A DNA stretch of 64,000 nucleotides from an uncultured Acidobacteriota bacterium (lineage in GTDB: Bacteria > Acidobacteriota > Thermoanaerobaculia > Thermoanaerobaculales > Sulfomarinibacteraceae): NCBI GenBank assembly GCA_963712805.1, contig CAVQJV010000062.1, forward strand, positions 14,157 to 78,156, written 5' to 3'. A program made the position numbers and the translations under genes. The notes beneath the pieces were generated by a model. It did no database searches and was not told where the DNA came from. It saw only the letters and a program-made list of their open reading frames with translations. Each line of letters starts with the position of its first letter. Positions within the stretch are counted from its first letter, which is position 1. Shown here piece after piece: positions 32,619-43,356 of this stretch.

Positions 32619-32664
32619 CCGGTGGGGGTGATCGACCGGCGAAAGGGAACGGGGGATTGGGCAT

Positions 32665-32949
32665 ATGACGATGACCAAGGCTGATCTTGTGGAATTAGTT
32701 GCCGGGAACGCCGACGTCCCGCGAAAGCAGGCTGACGAGGTGGTTCAAGTCGTCCTCGACAGCATCGTGGATGCGCTGCAACAAAACGAAAAGGTCGAGT
32801 TGCGCGGGTTCGGATCATTTCGGATCCGACAGCGCGACGAGCGGACCGGGCGCAACCCGAAGACCGGCGACAAGGTCCACGTTCCGCCAAAGAAAATCCC
32901 CTATTTCAAACCGGGTAAACACCTCCGCGAAGAACTGCTCCACCAGTGA
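32665..32949 (+). CDS. ihfB: HU/integration host factor subunit
   Basis: MTKADLV, VELRGFGSF, GRNPKTG, PYFKPGK; follows rpsA as ihfB usually does. Confidence 0.8.
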   Translation: MTMTKADLVELVAGNADVPRKQADEVVQVVLDSIVDALQQNEKVELRGFGSFRIRQRDERTGRNPKTGDKVHVPPKKIPYFKPGKHLREELLHQ

Positions 32950-32965
32950 TCGTTGGTGACGGGTC

Positions 32966-33439
32966 GTGACTGCCGAAAAGAAAACACGCGGGAGTGGTGA
33001 TGGGAAGGGCGGCGGCGAGGACGCGTCGAATCCGGTCTCTAAATCGCTCCTCTTCCTGTCATGGTTGGTGCCCGGTCTCGGCCACTGGCTGCTCGGGAAG
33101 CGGGTCCGGGCGGCGGTCTTCGCGGCCATCGTGACCGCATCGTTCATCACCGGGATCCTCCTGCACGGAGAACTCGCGGTACCGCAACAGGACAGCCCGC
33201 TATCGTGGTTCTTCACCCTCGGTTGCATCGGCAACGGGTGGCTTTATTTCGTCAGATTGTTGTGGGTCAATGGGTTCGACGGATTGTTCAGCGCGGCGTT
33301 CCCGTACGGACTGTCTGGTGGTGGCGACCCGGTGTCGGCCGGGTTTTTCTACGGAAAGACTTTTCTCTACACGGCCGGTCTTATGAATCTCCTGGTGGTG
33401 CTTGATGTTCACGACATCGCGCGTGGCGACAAGAGCTGA
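32966..33439 (+). CDS. Membrane protein (DUF6677-like)
   Basis: SWLVPGLGH.LLG and YG..F...AGLMNLLV..DV.D motifs; several TM segments. Confidence 0.65.
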   Translation: MTAEKKTRGSGDGKGGGEDASNPVSKSLLFLSWLVPGLGHWLLGKRVRAAVFAAIVTASFITGILLHGELAVPQQDSPLSWFFTLGCIGNGWLYFVRLLWVNGFDGLFSAAFPYGLSGGGDPVSAGFFYGKTFLYTAGLMNLLVVLDVHDIARGDKS

Positions 33440-33440
33440 G

Positions 33441-33608
33441 ATGGACCACTTTCTTCTCCTCTTCTGGCACGCGTTCTTGGTCGCCGTGTTTTTCGCCTTT
33501 CTCTGGCGGTCCGACACGCGCGGTCGAAAGGGGCTGTTCCTCAAGACCTTTCTGATCATGTTCGTGGGTGCCATCGCCCTGGGATGGCTCATGTTCCCGT
33601 TCCCGTGA
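33441..33608 (+). CDS. Small two-TM membrane protein
   Basis: MDHFLLLFWHAFLVAVFFAFLW...GWLMFPFP, tightly packed between its neighbours. Confidence 0.65.
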   Translation: MDHFLLLFWHAFLVAVFFAFLWRSDTRGRKGLFLKTFLIMFVGAIALGWLMFPFP

Positions 33609-33628
33609 TCGACAAAGTCAGAGGGTCT

Positions 33629-34067
33629 TTGAGCCTCGACGAGGATCCGGACCCACAAGCCGAGCTTGAGCCTCCCACGCCCTCCCGGACGATGCACCGG
33701 CCGTCGATCGTTTTTCGCTGGGCCGCCAACGGCGGCTACGCGATACTATTGGTGACCATGGCGGTACTGCCGTCGACCTCACGGGCGTTGGCTCTCCGTT
33801 CCCGATTGGTTGGCCCATGCGATGGCTTACGGCATCCAGATGGCGCTTGTCTATTGGGCTGCGCTGCCTTCGCTCGGCCATCGCCGGTCCCTGGTCGTCG
33901 GTGTCGTCGCCGCGGGCGTCTTCGGTGCTGTGACTGAATGCCTGCAATTTCTCCAGCCCGCGAGGACGGTCGAACTCAAGGACCTCGCTGCCAACGCCGT
34001 CGGGGCGCTGATTTGCTGCGGCGTCATCGCCGGCATCGGCTGGAGAAATGCGCGGAGGGTCAACTGA
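33629..34067 (+). CDS. VanZ family membrane protein (frameshifted)
   Basis: H...Y, G...E.LQ...PART....DL.AN.VG signature. Confidence 0.7.
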
Positions 34068-35177
34068 ACGACTCGATCATGATCGTGGCCGGTGAGGTTT
34101 CGGGTGATCTCCACGCCGGAAATATGCTTGCGGAGCTGAGGATCCTCAACCCCGAGATCGAGGCATTCGGTGTCGGCGGCGAGCGCCTCTTCGAAAATGG
34201 TCTCGACTGTGTCGCGAGCACGGATGAACTGGCGCACATGGGCCTCATCGAGGTGCTGCGCGAATTGCCGAGAATTCGTCGGATCATGCAACGGTTGGTC
34301 GGTCAAGCTGATCGGAGACGGCCTCGTCTGGCCGTCCTGGTCGATTCACCCGACTTCAATCTCCGTCTGGCGGCAAGGCTCCGCCGGCTCGGAATACCGG
34401 TCGTGTTGTACGTGTCGCCGCAGCTCTGGGCGTGGCGGCGGGGTCGGGTCCGCGCTGTCCGGCGTCTGGCCCGTGAGGTTCTGTGCCTGCTTCCGTTCGA
34501 GGTGCCGTTCTACTCCGAGCACGGAGTGCCCGCCCGCTACGTCGGCCACCCTTTGGTTGACGATGTGGCGAGGGACGGTCTGCTCGACCACGAGGTCGCG
34601 CGGGTCGCGGGCAAGATCGCCCTGTTGCCCGGCTCGCGGGCAATGGAGGTGCGCTCGCTGCTACCGACCATGATCGTGGCGGCGAACAAACTCGAGACTG
34701 ACTGTCTCTCGGAAGCCGTTCTCATCGAAGCCCCCGGAGTGAGTGGCGTGGTGGACGAGATCTTTGCGACCCACGGCGGCGGCGATCGGATCCGTCGCGT
34801 GAGCGGACCGAACCGGCGTCGGGAGCTCGCGTCGTGCTCGCTCGCCTGGACGGCATCGGGCACCGCCACTCTCGAGTGCGCCCTTCTCGACGTGCCCATG
34901 GTGGTGGGCTACCGGCTCCAGCCCTTGACCTTCGCCATCGCCCGGCTTCTGGTGCGGGTTCCCCACGTTGCGCTGGTCAACCTCATCGCCGAAGAACGGG
35001 TGGCGCCGGAACTCATCCAGGGGCAGTGGCAGCCGGAACGCCTGGCTGATGTTTCGCGGCCGGCTGCTGGCGAGCGGTGGGGACGAACAGCGGTCGGCCC
35101 TGGAACGGGTTCGCCGGCGGTTGGGTTCTCCCGGCGCCTCGCGGCGAGCTGCCGAGGCCGTTCTCGAACACCTTTGA
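34064..35177 (+). CDS. lpxB: Lipid-A-disaccharide synthase (frameshift near 35060)
   Basis: IVAGEVSGDLHA, VDSPDFN, YVSPQLWAWR, VGHPL, LLPGSR, ASGTATLE, ASRRAA. Confidence 0.93.
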
Positions 35178-35290
35178 GATGGTTCCTCGCCCGGCGCGAG
35201 TTGGTTTCTCCGACTCGCGCCGGTCGAGCCGTCAGGGGAGAACAAGTCGGTTGTCTCGCCCAATGGTAGAATCGCGCGCCTGGAGGAAGC

Positions 35291-36703
35291 ATGAGCGGCG
35301 CGGCGGCCAAGAAACCGAATCGGAGGAAATCGACCGTCAAGGTCGGCATGATCAGCCTCGGGTGCGCCAAGAACCTGGTCGACGGGGAGGTGATGTTGGG
35401 TCACCTCGAATCCGTCGGGATCCGGGTGACGGCCGATGCCCGCGAGGCCGATGTCGTCGTCGTCAATACCTGCGGTTTCATCACCGACGCGAAGCAGGAG
35501 TCCATCGACTCGATCCTCGAGGTCGTCGAGGCGAAGAACGCCGGTCGCGTTCGTCGGCTGGTGGTTTCGGGTTGCATGGCGCAGGCCTACGCCGAGGAAC
35601 TCAAAAAGGAGATCCCCGAGATCGACGCCTTCATCGGTCTCGACGAGCTCGAGCAGATCGCCGCTGCGGTGCGGGGGGAGCTCGAGGACCACATACCCGA
35701 TCAGCACGGCGCGGTCCGAATTTATGATCACGCCAACCCCCGTCTTCTCTCGACCAGCGGATACGCCTATCTCAAGGTCGCAGAAGGGTGCGGCAACCCG
35801 TGTTCGTTCTGCCATATCCCGAGGATGCGCGGGGACTTCCGATCGCGGGCCCTTGGCGATCTGGTCGCTGAGGCCCGGCGCATCGAGGCTGCTGGTGTTC
35901 GCGAGATCGTGCTCATCGCTCAGGACACCACCCGGTACGGCGAGGATCTCGGGATCGATCACGGTCTTCGACGGCTCGTCACCGCGCTTCTCGACGAGAC
36001 GGATCTACCGTGGATTCGCTTTCTCTACGCCTACCCGGCGACCCTCGATGAAGGTCTTTTCGAGCTCATGGCGGAGCACGATCGGTTTGTCTCCTACCTC
36101 GATATCCCGTTGCAGCACGCGAACCGGAAGGTCCTCAAGGCCATGAGGAGGGGCGGCGACGCCAAGAGCTACTCGGGTTTGATCGAACGGGCGCGAGCGA
36201 CAGTTCCCGATCTGGCATTGCGGACGACCTTTATCGTCGGTTTTCCCGGCGAGGGCGACGACGAACACCGGGAATTGTTGGATTTCATCAGAGAAACGCG
36301 GTTTGACCACCTCGGTGTCTTCAGTTATTCCTGGCAGGAGGAGAATCCCGGAGCGGAGCTCGGTGATCCGGTTCCCGAGGAGCTCAAGATCGAACGCCGC
36401 GCAGAGGCGCTCGAGGTGCAACAGTCTGTGTCCATGGAACAGAACCTCGCTCTCGTGGGTCAGACCCTCCCGGCGATGGTCGTCGGCCCGTTGGCCGAGA
36501 TGGAGTTGCTCACCGAAGCGCGATTGAAGCGCCAGGCTCCGGAGATCGACGGTCGACTGCTCATCAACGACGGCGTCGCCGCTGCCGGTTCGCTCATCGA
36601 GGCCGAGATCACGGAAGCGCATCCCTATGATCTGGTCGGAAAGGTTGTTCGGGTGGTGCGGGCACCGGCCGAGGCGCCGCGGATGCTTCCGGTGATCGGT
36701 TGA
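35291..36703 (+). CDS. rimO: Ribosomal protein S12 methylthiotransferase
   Basis: SLGCAKNLVD, NTCGFI, GC, AYLKVAEGCGNPCSFC, QAPEIDG. Confidence 0.95.
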   Translation: MSGAAAKKPNRRKSTVKVGMISLGCAKNLVDGEVMLGHLESVGIRVTADAREADVVVVNTCGFITDAKQESIDSILEVVEAKNAGRVRRLVVSGCMAQAYAEELKKEIPEIDAFIGLDELEQIAAAVRGELEDHIPDQHGAVRIYDHANPRLLSTSGYAYLKVAEGCGNPCSFCHIPRMRGDFRSRALGDLVAEARRIEAAGVREIVLIAQDTTRYGEDLGIDHGLRRLVTALLDETDLPWIRFLYAYPATLDEGLFELMAEHDRFVSYLDIPLQHANRKVLKAMRRGGDAKSYSGLIERARATVPDLALRTTFIVGFPGEGDDEHRELLDFIRETRFDHLGVFSYSWQEENPGAELGDPVPEELKIERRAEALEVQQSVSMEQNLALVGQTLPAMVVGPLAEMELLTEARLKRQAPEIDGRLLINDGVAAAGSLIEAEITEAHPYDLVGKVVRVVRAPAEAPRMLPVIG

Positions 36704-36713
36704 CGGTGACGAC

Positions 36714-37681
36714 ATGAAGATCTACTCAGACCCGCTCGGAGTCGACGAACCTCCTCGCGGAGCGGTTCTGACGATCGGCAACTTCGACGGCGTCCACCTC
36801 GGACACCAGGCGATCCTGAGATATGTCGTCGACCGAGCCGACGGGCTCGGTACCGTCGGCGCGGCCATGACCCTCGATCCGCACCCGATCAAGCTGCTCC
36901 GTCCGCGAATGGCGCCGAAGCTCCTCTCGACCCTGGACCAGCGACTCGAACTCATCGGTCGGACCGGGATCGAGGTCGCGCTCGTGGTTCCCTTCACCCA
37001 CCGGCTCGCGAGGATGCCGGCCGAATACTTCGTCAAGGAGGTGCTCGTCGAACGACTCGGGATCCGGGAGGTCTATATCGGCGCCAATTTCCGATTCGGC
37101 GCCGATCGCGGCGGTGATGTCGCCCTGCTCGAACGGATGGGCGCCGAACTCGGCTTCAAGGCCGCGGCATCACCCATCGTCGAAATCGAAGGAGGCGTCG
37201 TCTCTTCAACCCGGGTCCGTCGAGCGGTCGCGGACGGAGAGATGATGGAGGCCGCACGACATGCTCGGGCCGCGATCACTTCATCGACGGTTGCGTACTG
37301 GAGGGTAAGCGTCTGGGACGAAAACTCGGCTTTCCGACCCTCAACATCGAGGTCGAGAACGAGATCGAACCCGCCAACGGGGTGTACATCTCCGCGGTTC
37401 ACATCCCATCCTTCGGTCGCACCTTCGCCTCGGTGACGAATGTCGGCACCAGACCGACGGTGTACGAGAATTCCATTCTGACCATTGAAACCCACCTCCT
37501 CGACTTCATGGCTGATGTCTACCGTGAGTCGGTGCGGTTGTTTTTCGTCAAACGTCTTCGCGACGAGGTGAGTTTCCCCTCGACGGTCCAATTGATGGCA
37601 CAGATCCAAAAGGACGTTGAGGCGAGCCGGTTGTATTTTCTCCAGCACCCGGTCGAGTCGCAGGGATTCATCGTTCCGTGA
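36714..37681 (+). CDS. ribF: Bifunctional riboflavin kinase/FAD synthetase (frameshift near 37265)
   Basis: TIGNFDGVHLGHQ, FRFG, VSSTRVR, LGFPTLN, NVGTRPT, ETHLLDF, LRDE..F. Confidence 0.93.
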
Positions 37682-38688
37682 CACCGATCGACATCGTCGC
37701 TTTGGCGGTTGCGTTGTTCGTGTCGACCATTCTTCTGGTCACCGTGGTTGCGGCGGTGTGGTGGTTCGATCGCTATGATCGGGAACCCGTGCACCTCGTG
37801 GTCGGCGTGTTTCTTTGGGGAGCGCTTGCGGCGCCGGTCCTTGCCGTCGTCGGCTCATCGGCTTTGGCCGCCGGTTTGGGATTAGATCCGACCGTCTTGG
37901 CAGTTGGATCGGCCCCCTCGTCGAGGAGTTCGCGAAAGCGATCGGGGTGATGCTCGTTGTCCTTTTGTCGAAGGAATTCGACAATCCGACCGACGGCCTC
38001 GTCTACGGCACCGCCGCGGGTCTGGGTTTCGCGGCGACGGAGAATCTCGTCTACACCCTCGCTGGCGTGGGCGGATGCCGCCATTGGTGGAACCCTGCTG
38101 CTCGTCCTCGTCCGCACCGCTCTGGCCGCAGGCATCCACGCGGTGTCGTCGGCGACATTTGGCGGCTTCCTCGGCTTCGCCTATCTGTCGCGGAAACGGA
38201 GCGAGCGGGTGATCTGGTTGGATCGTCGGCCTCAGTCTGGCGGTCGCGATCCACGCCGGGTGGAATTTCATGCTGCTGCAGATGGAAGTCCTCGGAGTGC
38301 TGCGGTTCCCGTGGCACGGTGGTTTGTCGCGGTCCCGGTTCTGTACGCGCTTGTATTTCTCGGGCTTGTCGGCTTTCTCCGGTCGGAGCAGCGAATCCTG
38401 GGGGTGGAGCTCGCCGAAGAGGTCGAACTCGACGTCGTTCCCGCCTGGGTGGTCGAGGTCATCCCGTACTACCGTCGCCGCGTTCGATCCGATTGGTGGC
38501 CGTCCCGCCGCGAGCGGACGGTTCTCGCACGGCTGCTCACCCGGCTGGCCTTTCGCAAGCACGCGGTGAGGCGGCTTCCGGACGAGGAGTCGCAGCTCGC
38601 GGGGCTCGAAGTCGTCCGGCTTCGGCAGCAGATCCGGGCCAAGCTTCAATGTCAAAGCTCTGTTGAAGAAGATGATCTGACTGGCTGA
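37678..38688 (+). CDS. PrsW family intramembrane metalloprotease (frameshifted)
   Basis: DRYDREP, PLVEEFAKA, DGLVYG..AGLGFAATEN, conserved His motifs IHA...HAGWN. Confidence 0.85.
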
Positions 38689-38717
38689 GAGGGCGTGCCC
38701 GGACCTACCATGGTCGT

Positions 38718-39372
38718 GTGAAGAAGCGCATCGCCGAACTCGCCTCCGATGAACTCATGGCACTCGTCCGTGGTGGCAACCTCGACGATTTCCAGATGCT
38801 CGATGTGCTTCGGAGTCCATTCTGCACGACTCAGATCGCGGAATTGGTCGCGTCGAACCGCGCAGCATCTGGGAACCCAGGCGATCCGGGAAAAGTTGGC
38901 GGGCTTCCCGGGATTGAGCAACGCGCAGGCCATGAATCTCTTGGGATCGCTGTCCTGGGTCGGCGCTGATCGCGGTGGCCCAGACGCCGAGAGACGCCGG
39001 CGCTCGTCCGTCGCCAGGCCGAACGGAAGTTGATCTATCCAGATGCCCACCATGAGCCTCGGAGAGAAGATCGCCGTGGCGCGACGCGCCCACCGCGCGC
39101 TTTTCCCGGCCTTGATCGCCGGCTGCGACGACCAGATCCTGACCGCGCTTCTCGACAATCCTCGTCTGGTCGAGAACGACCTCGTGGTCCTCATCAACAC
39201 CGGAAAACCGCCGGTCGAGTTCATTACCGTGGTGGCGCGCCATCATCGGTGGGGTAAGAGCTATGGCGTTCGCAGAGGCCATCGTCGAATCCTCGATACG
39301 CCGTCTGCCTCTCGCCCTGAGCGTCCTCGTTCAGTTGCCCAAGTCGGATCAGAAGCGAATCGCCGAGCGTAA
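38718..39372 (+). CDS. Conserved helical-repeat hypothetical protein (frameshifted)
   Basis: MSLGEKIAVARR, ALLDNPRLVENDL and W..SYGVR motifs resemble those of the protein at 40532-41607. Confidence 0.55.
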
Positions 39373-39684
39373 CCGATATCTCCGATCGAGTGAGGTCTGC
39401 AGCCGCGGCCCTGTCGGCGAGGAGCGCAGACCCGCGAACGGCGCAGCGCCGCATCCAACCGAATTCACAATCTTGACCGAGTCTCACCGTCAGAATCGCT
39501 CAATCTTGGAGACCAACGAGCGAATTTCGCCGGATGAGCTGTGCCAAGTCCTTGATGCTCTGGTGATTTGCAAAAAATGCAGGAATACTGGTGGTATGGT
39601 CGAGGCTTTTTGCGAACGCTGAAGCGCAAGGAGTTGGTGCAGATCGCCCGGTGAGAATCGCTCGATTTAGGTTAAGATCAATCG

Positions 39685-40535
39685 GTGGTGAACGTTAACA
39701 ACGCGGAGTCGGTCAGTCCCGCTGTCTTTGCAGAGCAGCTGCGGGGAACCCGCGAAGAGTCCGGGTTTACGGCTCGAAGACATCGTTGCAGAGACAAAAG
39801 TCTCCAGGGCGATCCTCGAGGCCCTGGAAAACGGCAGCTTTCAGTTTCTTCCGGAGCGCGTGTTCAGTAGGAGCTTTGTCGCCCAGTACGCCCGAATCGT
39901 CGGGTCCGACGAGGGTCCGCTGCTGGAGGCCTTCGACTCGGCATGGGAGCAGTACTCCTTGTCATCCGGGATCCACCCGAACCTCGAGGTGCTCTCCGAC
40001 GATCTCGGGCCCTCGATCAGGTGGAGGTTCTGGCTTCCCATCGCCGCGGGTGTCTTGATCCTCTTGATCGCGGCGGCGGTGATCCTCCGAAGTACGACCT
40101 CGATCAGCGAGGGACTCGCTCCCGATCCTCGTCGATCAGGCGCCAGACAGGTCGGGGAGACCGCGCGGCGCAGTCCCGGCAATCCGCCCGACTCCACATT
40201 CGAAACCGGCCCGTTCGCCGGAGGAGGAGCGGGAGGAGGAGCAGGACGAACCGATGGTGAAGATGACGGTCCAGGTGGATCCCGGGGAAGAGTGCTGGAT
40301 CCACTATCGGGATCGTGACGGGATGACCGGCCAGCGACTCCTGGCCAACGGGCAGCAACTCGATCTCGAACTCGCAGGTCCGATCAAGCTCACGGTGGGG
40401 AATGCAGGCGCCGTCGAACTCACCGTCGACGGTCTTCTCTACCGCGATCTCGGTCTGCCGGGACAGGTGATTCACACCGAAGTGACTCACGGGAGATTCA
40501 CTCCGCTCGGGTCGGACGAGAGCGAGACTCCGTGA
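39685..40535 (+). CDS. rodZ: RodZ-like protein (HTH, TM, DUF4115) (frameshifted)
   Basis: TKVS..ILEALENG.F..LP..VF.RSFV.QYA, TM segment, C-terminal CWI...DG and LTVGNAGAVEL.VDG. Confidence 0.8.
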
Positions 40536-41607
40536 CACGATTTGAAACCACCGAACAGCTCTTGAACGGCATTCTCGAAGGTCAGGTGCCGCGACAGGTT
40601 CGGCTCTTCGCGGCGCAGGGCCTGTTGCCGATTTCTCAAGAAGATCTGCTTCGCCTGCAGTTCATGTTGTCGACCGATCCTGACGACGAACTCGCTGAGA
40701 TCGCGAAGGCCTCCATCGCCGAAGTCTGCACCGGAGAAGATCGTCGAGTGGCTCAGGTCCTATGACCTCGAGCCGATGGTGCTCGATCTGGTCCTCCGGC
40801 TCCGCGACGAAGACGAAATCTGGATCGAGGTGGCAAGACACGCGAGCGCGTCGGACGAATCGCTTCGGGTTCTGGCCAAGAACGGCCCCCGGTGGTCCAG
40901 GACATCGTCATCACCAACCAGGTGCGGATTTTCGGCTGTCTGGAGATTCTCGATGATCTGCGCGACAACGTGCGGGTCACGGAGACGGTGCTCCGAAGAG
41001 TCGTCTGAGTTCGAGCACGAGTTCATCGAGAAGGCCATCGCCGCCGAGGAGTCCATCGCCAGCGGTGAGACTCCCACCATCGAAGAGGCGCTGACGTCCC
41101 TTGCGCCAGATCGGCGCCCACATTCCCGAACTCGTACGGCTGCCGTACCAGGGGTCGGAGGACGAGGGTCTTCGGGAAGCGCTCGCTCATGCCGAAAGTC
41201 AGCAATCGACCTTTGCTCGCCTGGTTAATATGAGCATCAAGGACAAGGTGCTGTGTGCGCTCAAGGGAAATCGGGAGGAGAGGGCGATCCTCATCAACTC
41301 GCGTAACCGCCTCGTGGTACGTGCGGTTCTGGGCAGCCCGAAGCTGAGTGACGCCGAGGTCGAGAAGTTCGCCGGGATGCGAACAGTCGATGCCGAGGTT
41401 CTGCGGGTGATCTACCGCAATTCACGCTGGATGAGGCGTTACCAGGTGGTCTGGCAGCTGGTATCGAACCCGAAGACTCCGGTGGATCTCGGGATGCGAT
41501 TGGTCAATCGGCTCAATGTCCGAGATTTGAAACGGCTTTCGGACAGTCGCAACATCAATCCAGTGATTCGCCGCACCGCAGTGAACTTTGCAGGCAGGAG
41601 GCGTTGA
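40532..41607 (+). CDS. Conserved helical-repeat hypothetical protein (frameshifted)
   Basis: RLFAAQGLLP, MSIKDKV..ALKGNREERAILI..RNRLVVRAVL.SPKLS..EVE, W...Y.V...LV.NPKTP. Confidence 0.65.
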
Positions 41608-41733
41608 GTTGTCTTGCCGAACCCGGAATCTCATTGTGACCAAAGCGTTGCTGGACGTTGTATCATTGCTTTGATCTTATGATTATGGTAGTTAATCAAC
41701 GCGGCACGACCGCACAATCACCGTGAGAAGGTA

Positions 41734-42409
41734 ATGGCAAGCGCATTCAGTCTTTATGACATTCTCGGGGTCGAACGAGACGCAACCGAGGCGCAGATTC
41801 GGTCTGCGTTTCGCAAGTTGACGTTCAAGCATCACCCCGATCGGTTCTCCGGTGACAAACGGAAGCAGGCGGAAGACGCATTTTCAGGAAATCACTGAAG
41901 CGTTCAACGTTCTCAGCCACCCGGATAGTCGAGAGAAATACGATGACGAACTTCGCCCAAGGACAGAACCGGTGGAACGGGCGCCGCCATGGATCGCAAG
42001 GAGATCGCGCGCAGGCTCGCCGCGAAGGCGTCGCAGACCATGCGCGAAGGCAGGTTGACGGACGCCCTGTCGGAGCTCAAGTCCGCTCTCGACCACGACG
42101 ATTCGTGCGCGCGCGCTCACTATTTCATGGGAGTCGGACTCGGCAAGATCAGCGGCCGCGAGAAGGACGGGCTGCGCCATCTGGAAAGGGCCGATTTCAC
42201 TCGAGCCCGGAAACGCGGTGATGTTGTCCGAAGCCGCCGATCTCGCTTTTACGGTCGGTATGCGGGCCCGGGCCCAGCGACTGGCCGAAGAGGCGCTGAG
42301 CTTCGATCCTACAAACAAGAAAGCCTCCTCGGTGCTGGCTCAGGTTCAGAGCGAGGGTGATTCACAGTCGGGCGAGGGTCTGATTGGCCGCCTCCGGCGG
42401 AGGAGCTGA
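41734..42409 (+). CDS. J-domain plus TPR protein (frameshifted)
   Basis: LYDILGV...IRSAFRKL..KHHPDRF (HPD), FQEITEAFNVLS...R.KYD, followed by TPR helices. Confidence 0.85.
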
Positions 42410-42415
42410 TCGATC

Positions 42416-43229
42416 GTGGCCACCAACCCAAATCGTGTAGTCGGCTACCGACTCCAAGCCTTCGGCGCCACCGACGTCGGACGGAAACGGCAACTCAACG
42501 AGGACGTATTCCTCGTCGACGAGCGAGTTGGGTGTCTTTCTCGTCGCCGACGGAATGGGCGGACACGCCGCAGGTGAAGTCGCGTCGCGGCTGGCGGCTG
42601 ACGAGATCTTCCGCGGCTTCAGCGATCGCTCGACGTTGAGCCAGGAGACCTGGCCGGATCACTGGGACATGAAACGAAGCGCCGCGGCCAATCTGCTGGT
42701 CGATGCCATTCTTGCCGGGCACGAACGAGTGACCAACGCCGTCACCCGTGATCAGAACCTCAAGGGCATGGGTACGACGGTGGTCGTGGCCGTTCATCCC
42801 GCGGCGAGCCGCAACATGGTGGTGTGTCACGTCGGCGACAGCCGGGCATACCGCCTGCGGCACAACCGTCTCGATGTTCTGACCGCGGATCACTCCTGGG
42901 TTCACGAACAGGTGGCGGCCGGTTTTCTCACCGAAGAGGCAGCCCGGACCCATCCGTTGAAGAATGTCGTGACCCAGGCTCTCGGCGGAAGCGCCGAGCC
43001 GAAGGTCGATCTTTTGGAAACCGAGCTCATGAATGGTGATCTCTATCTTCTGTGCTCGGATGGCCTCAACTCCATGCTGACCGACGACGAAATCCAGACC
43101 CTGCTCGCAATCGAAGGAACGCTGGAGGAGAAGGGCAAGAAGCTCATCGACGCAGCCAACGACCACGGCGGCAACGACAACGTCACCGTGGTTCTGCTCG
43201 GTGCATCCCAGATCACCGCCGAGGCGTAA
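42416..43229 (+). CDS. PP2C-type Ser/Thr phosphatase (Stp1/IreP family) (frameshift near 42525)
   Basis: TDVGRKRQLNED, VADGMGGHAAGEVAS, GMGTT, HVGDSRAY, LCSDGL, GGNDNVTV. Confidence 0.93.
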
Positions 43230-43356
43230 GATCGGCGGCGGACGGCCGAGCCAAGGTCCGATCAGCGGCACACGGTCCAGCCCAGGCACGTGGTGGTCGT
43301 TCTGCGACGTCGGGTTTTGAAACTCACGCATCGACCGATATTTGAGAGGTTTGTAG

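Noticed and set aside
39531-39547. Second sigma-54 promoter (minus strand TTGGCACAGCTCATCCG)
   Set aside because: The -24 element is good but the -12 TTGC is absent, and it points antisense into a gene
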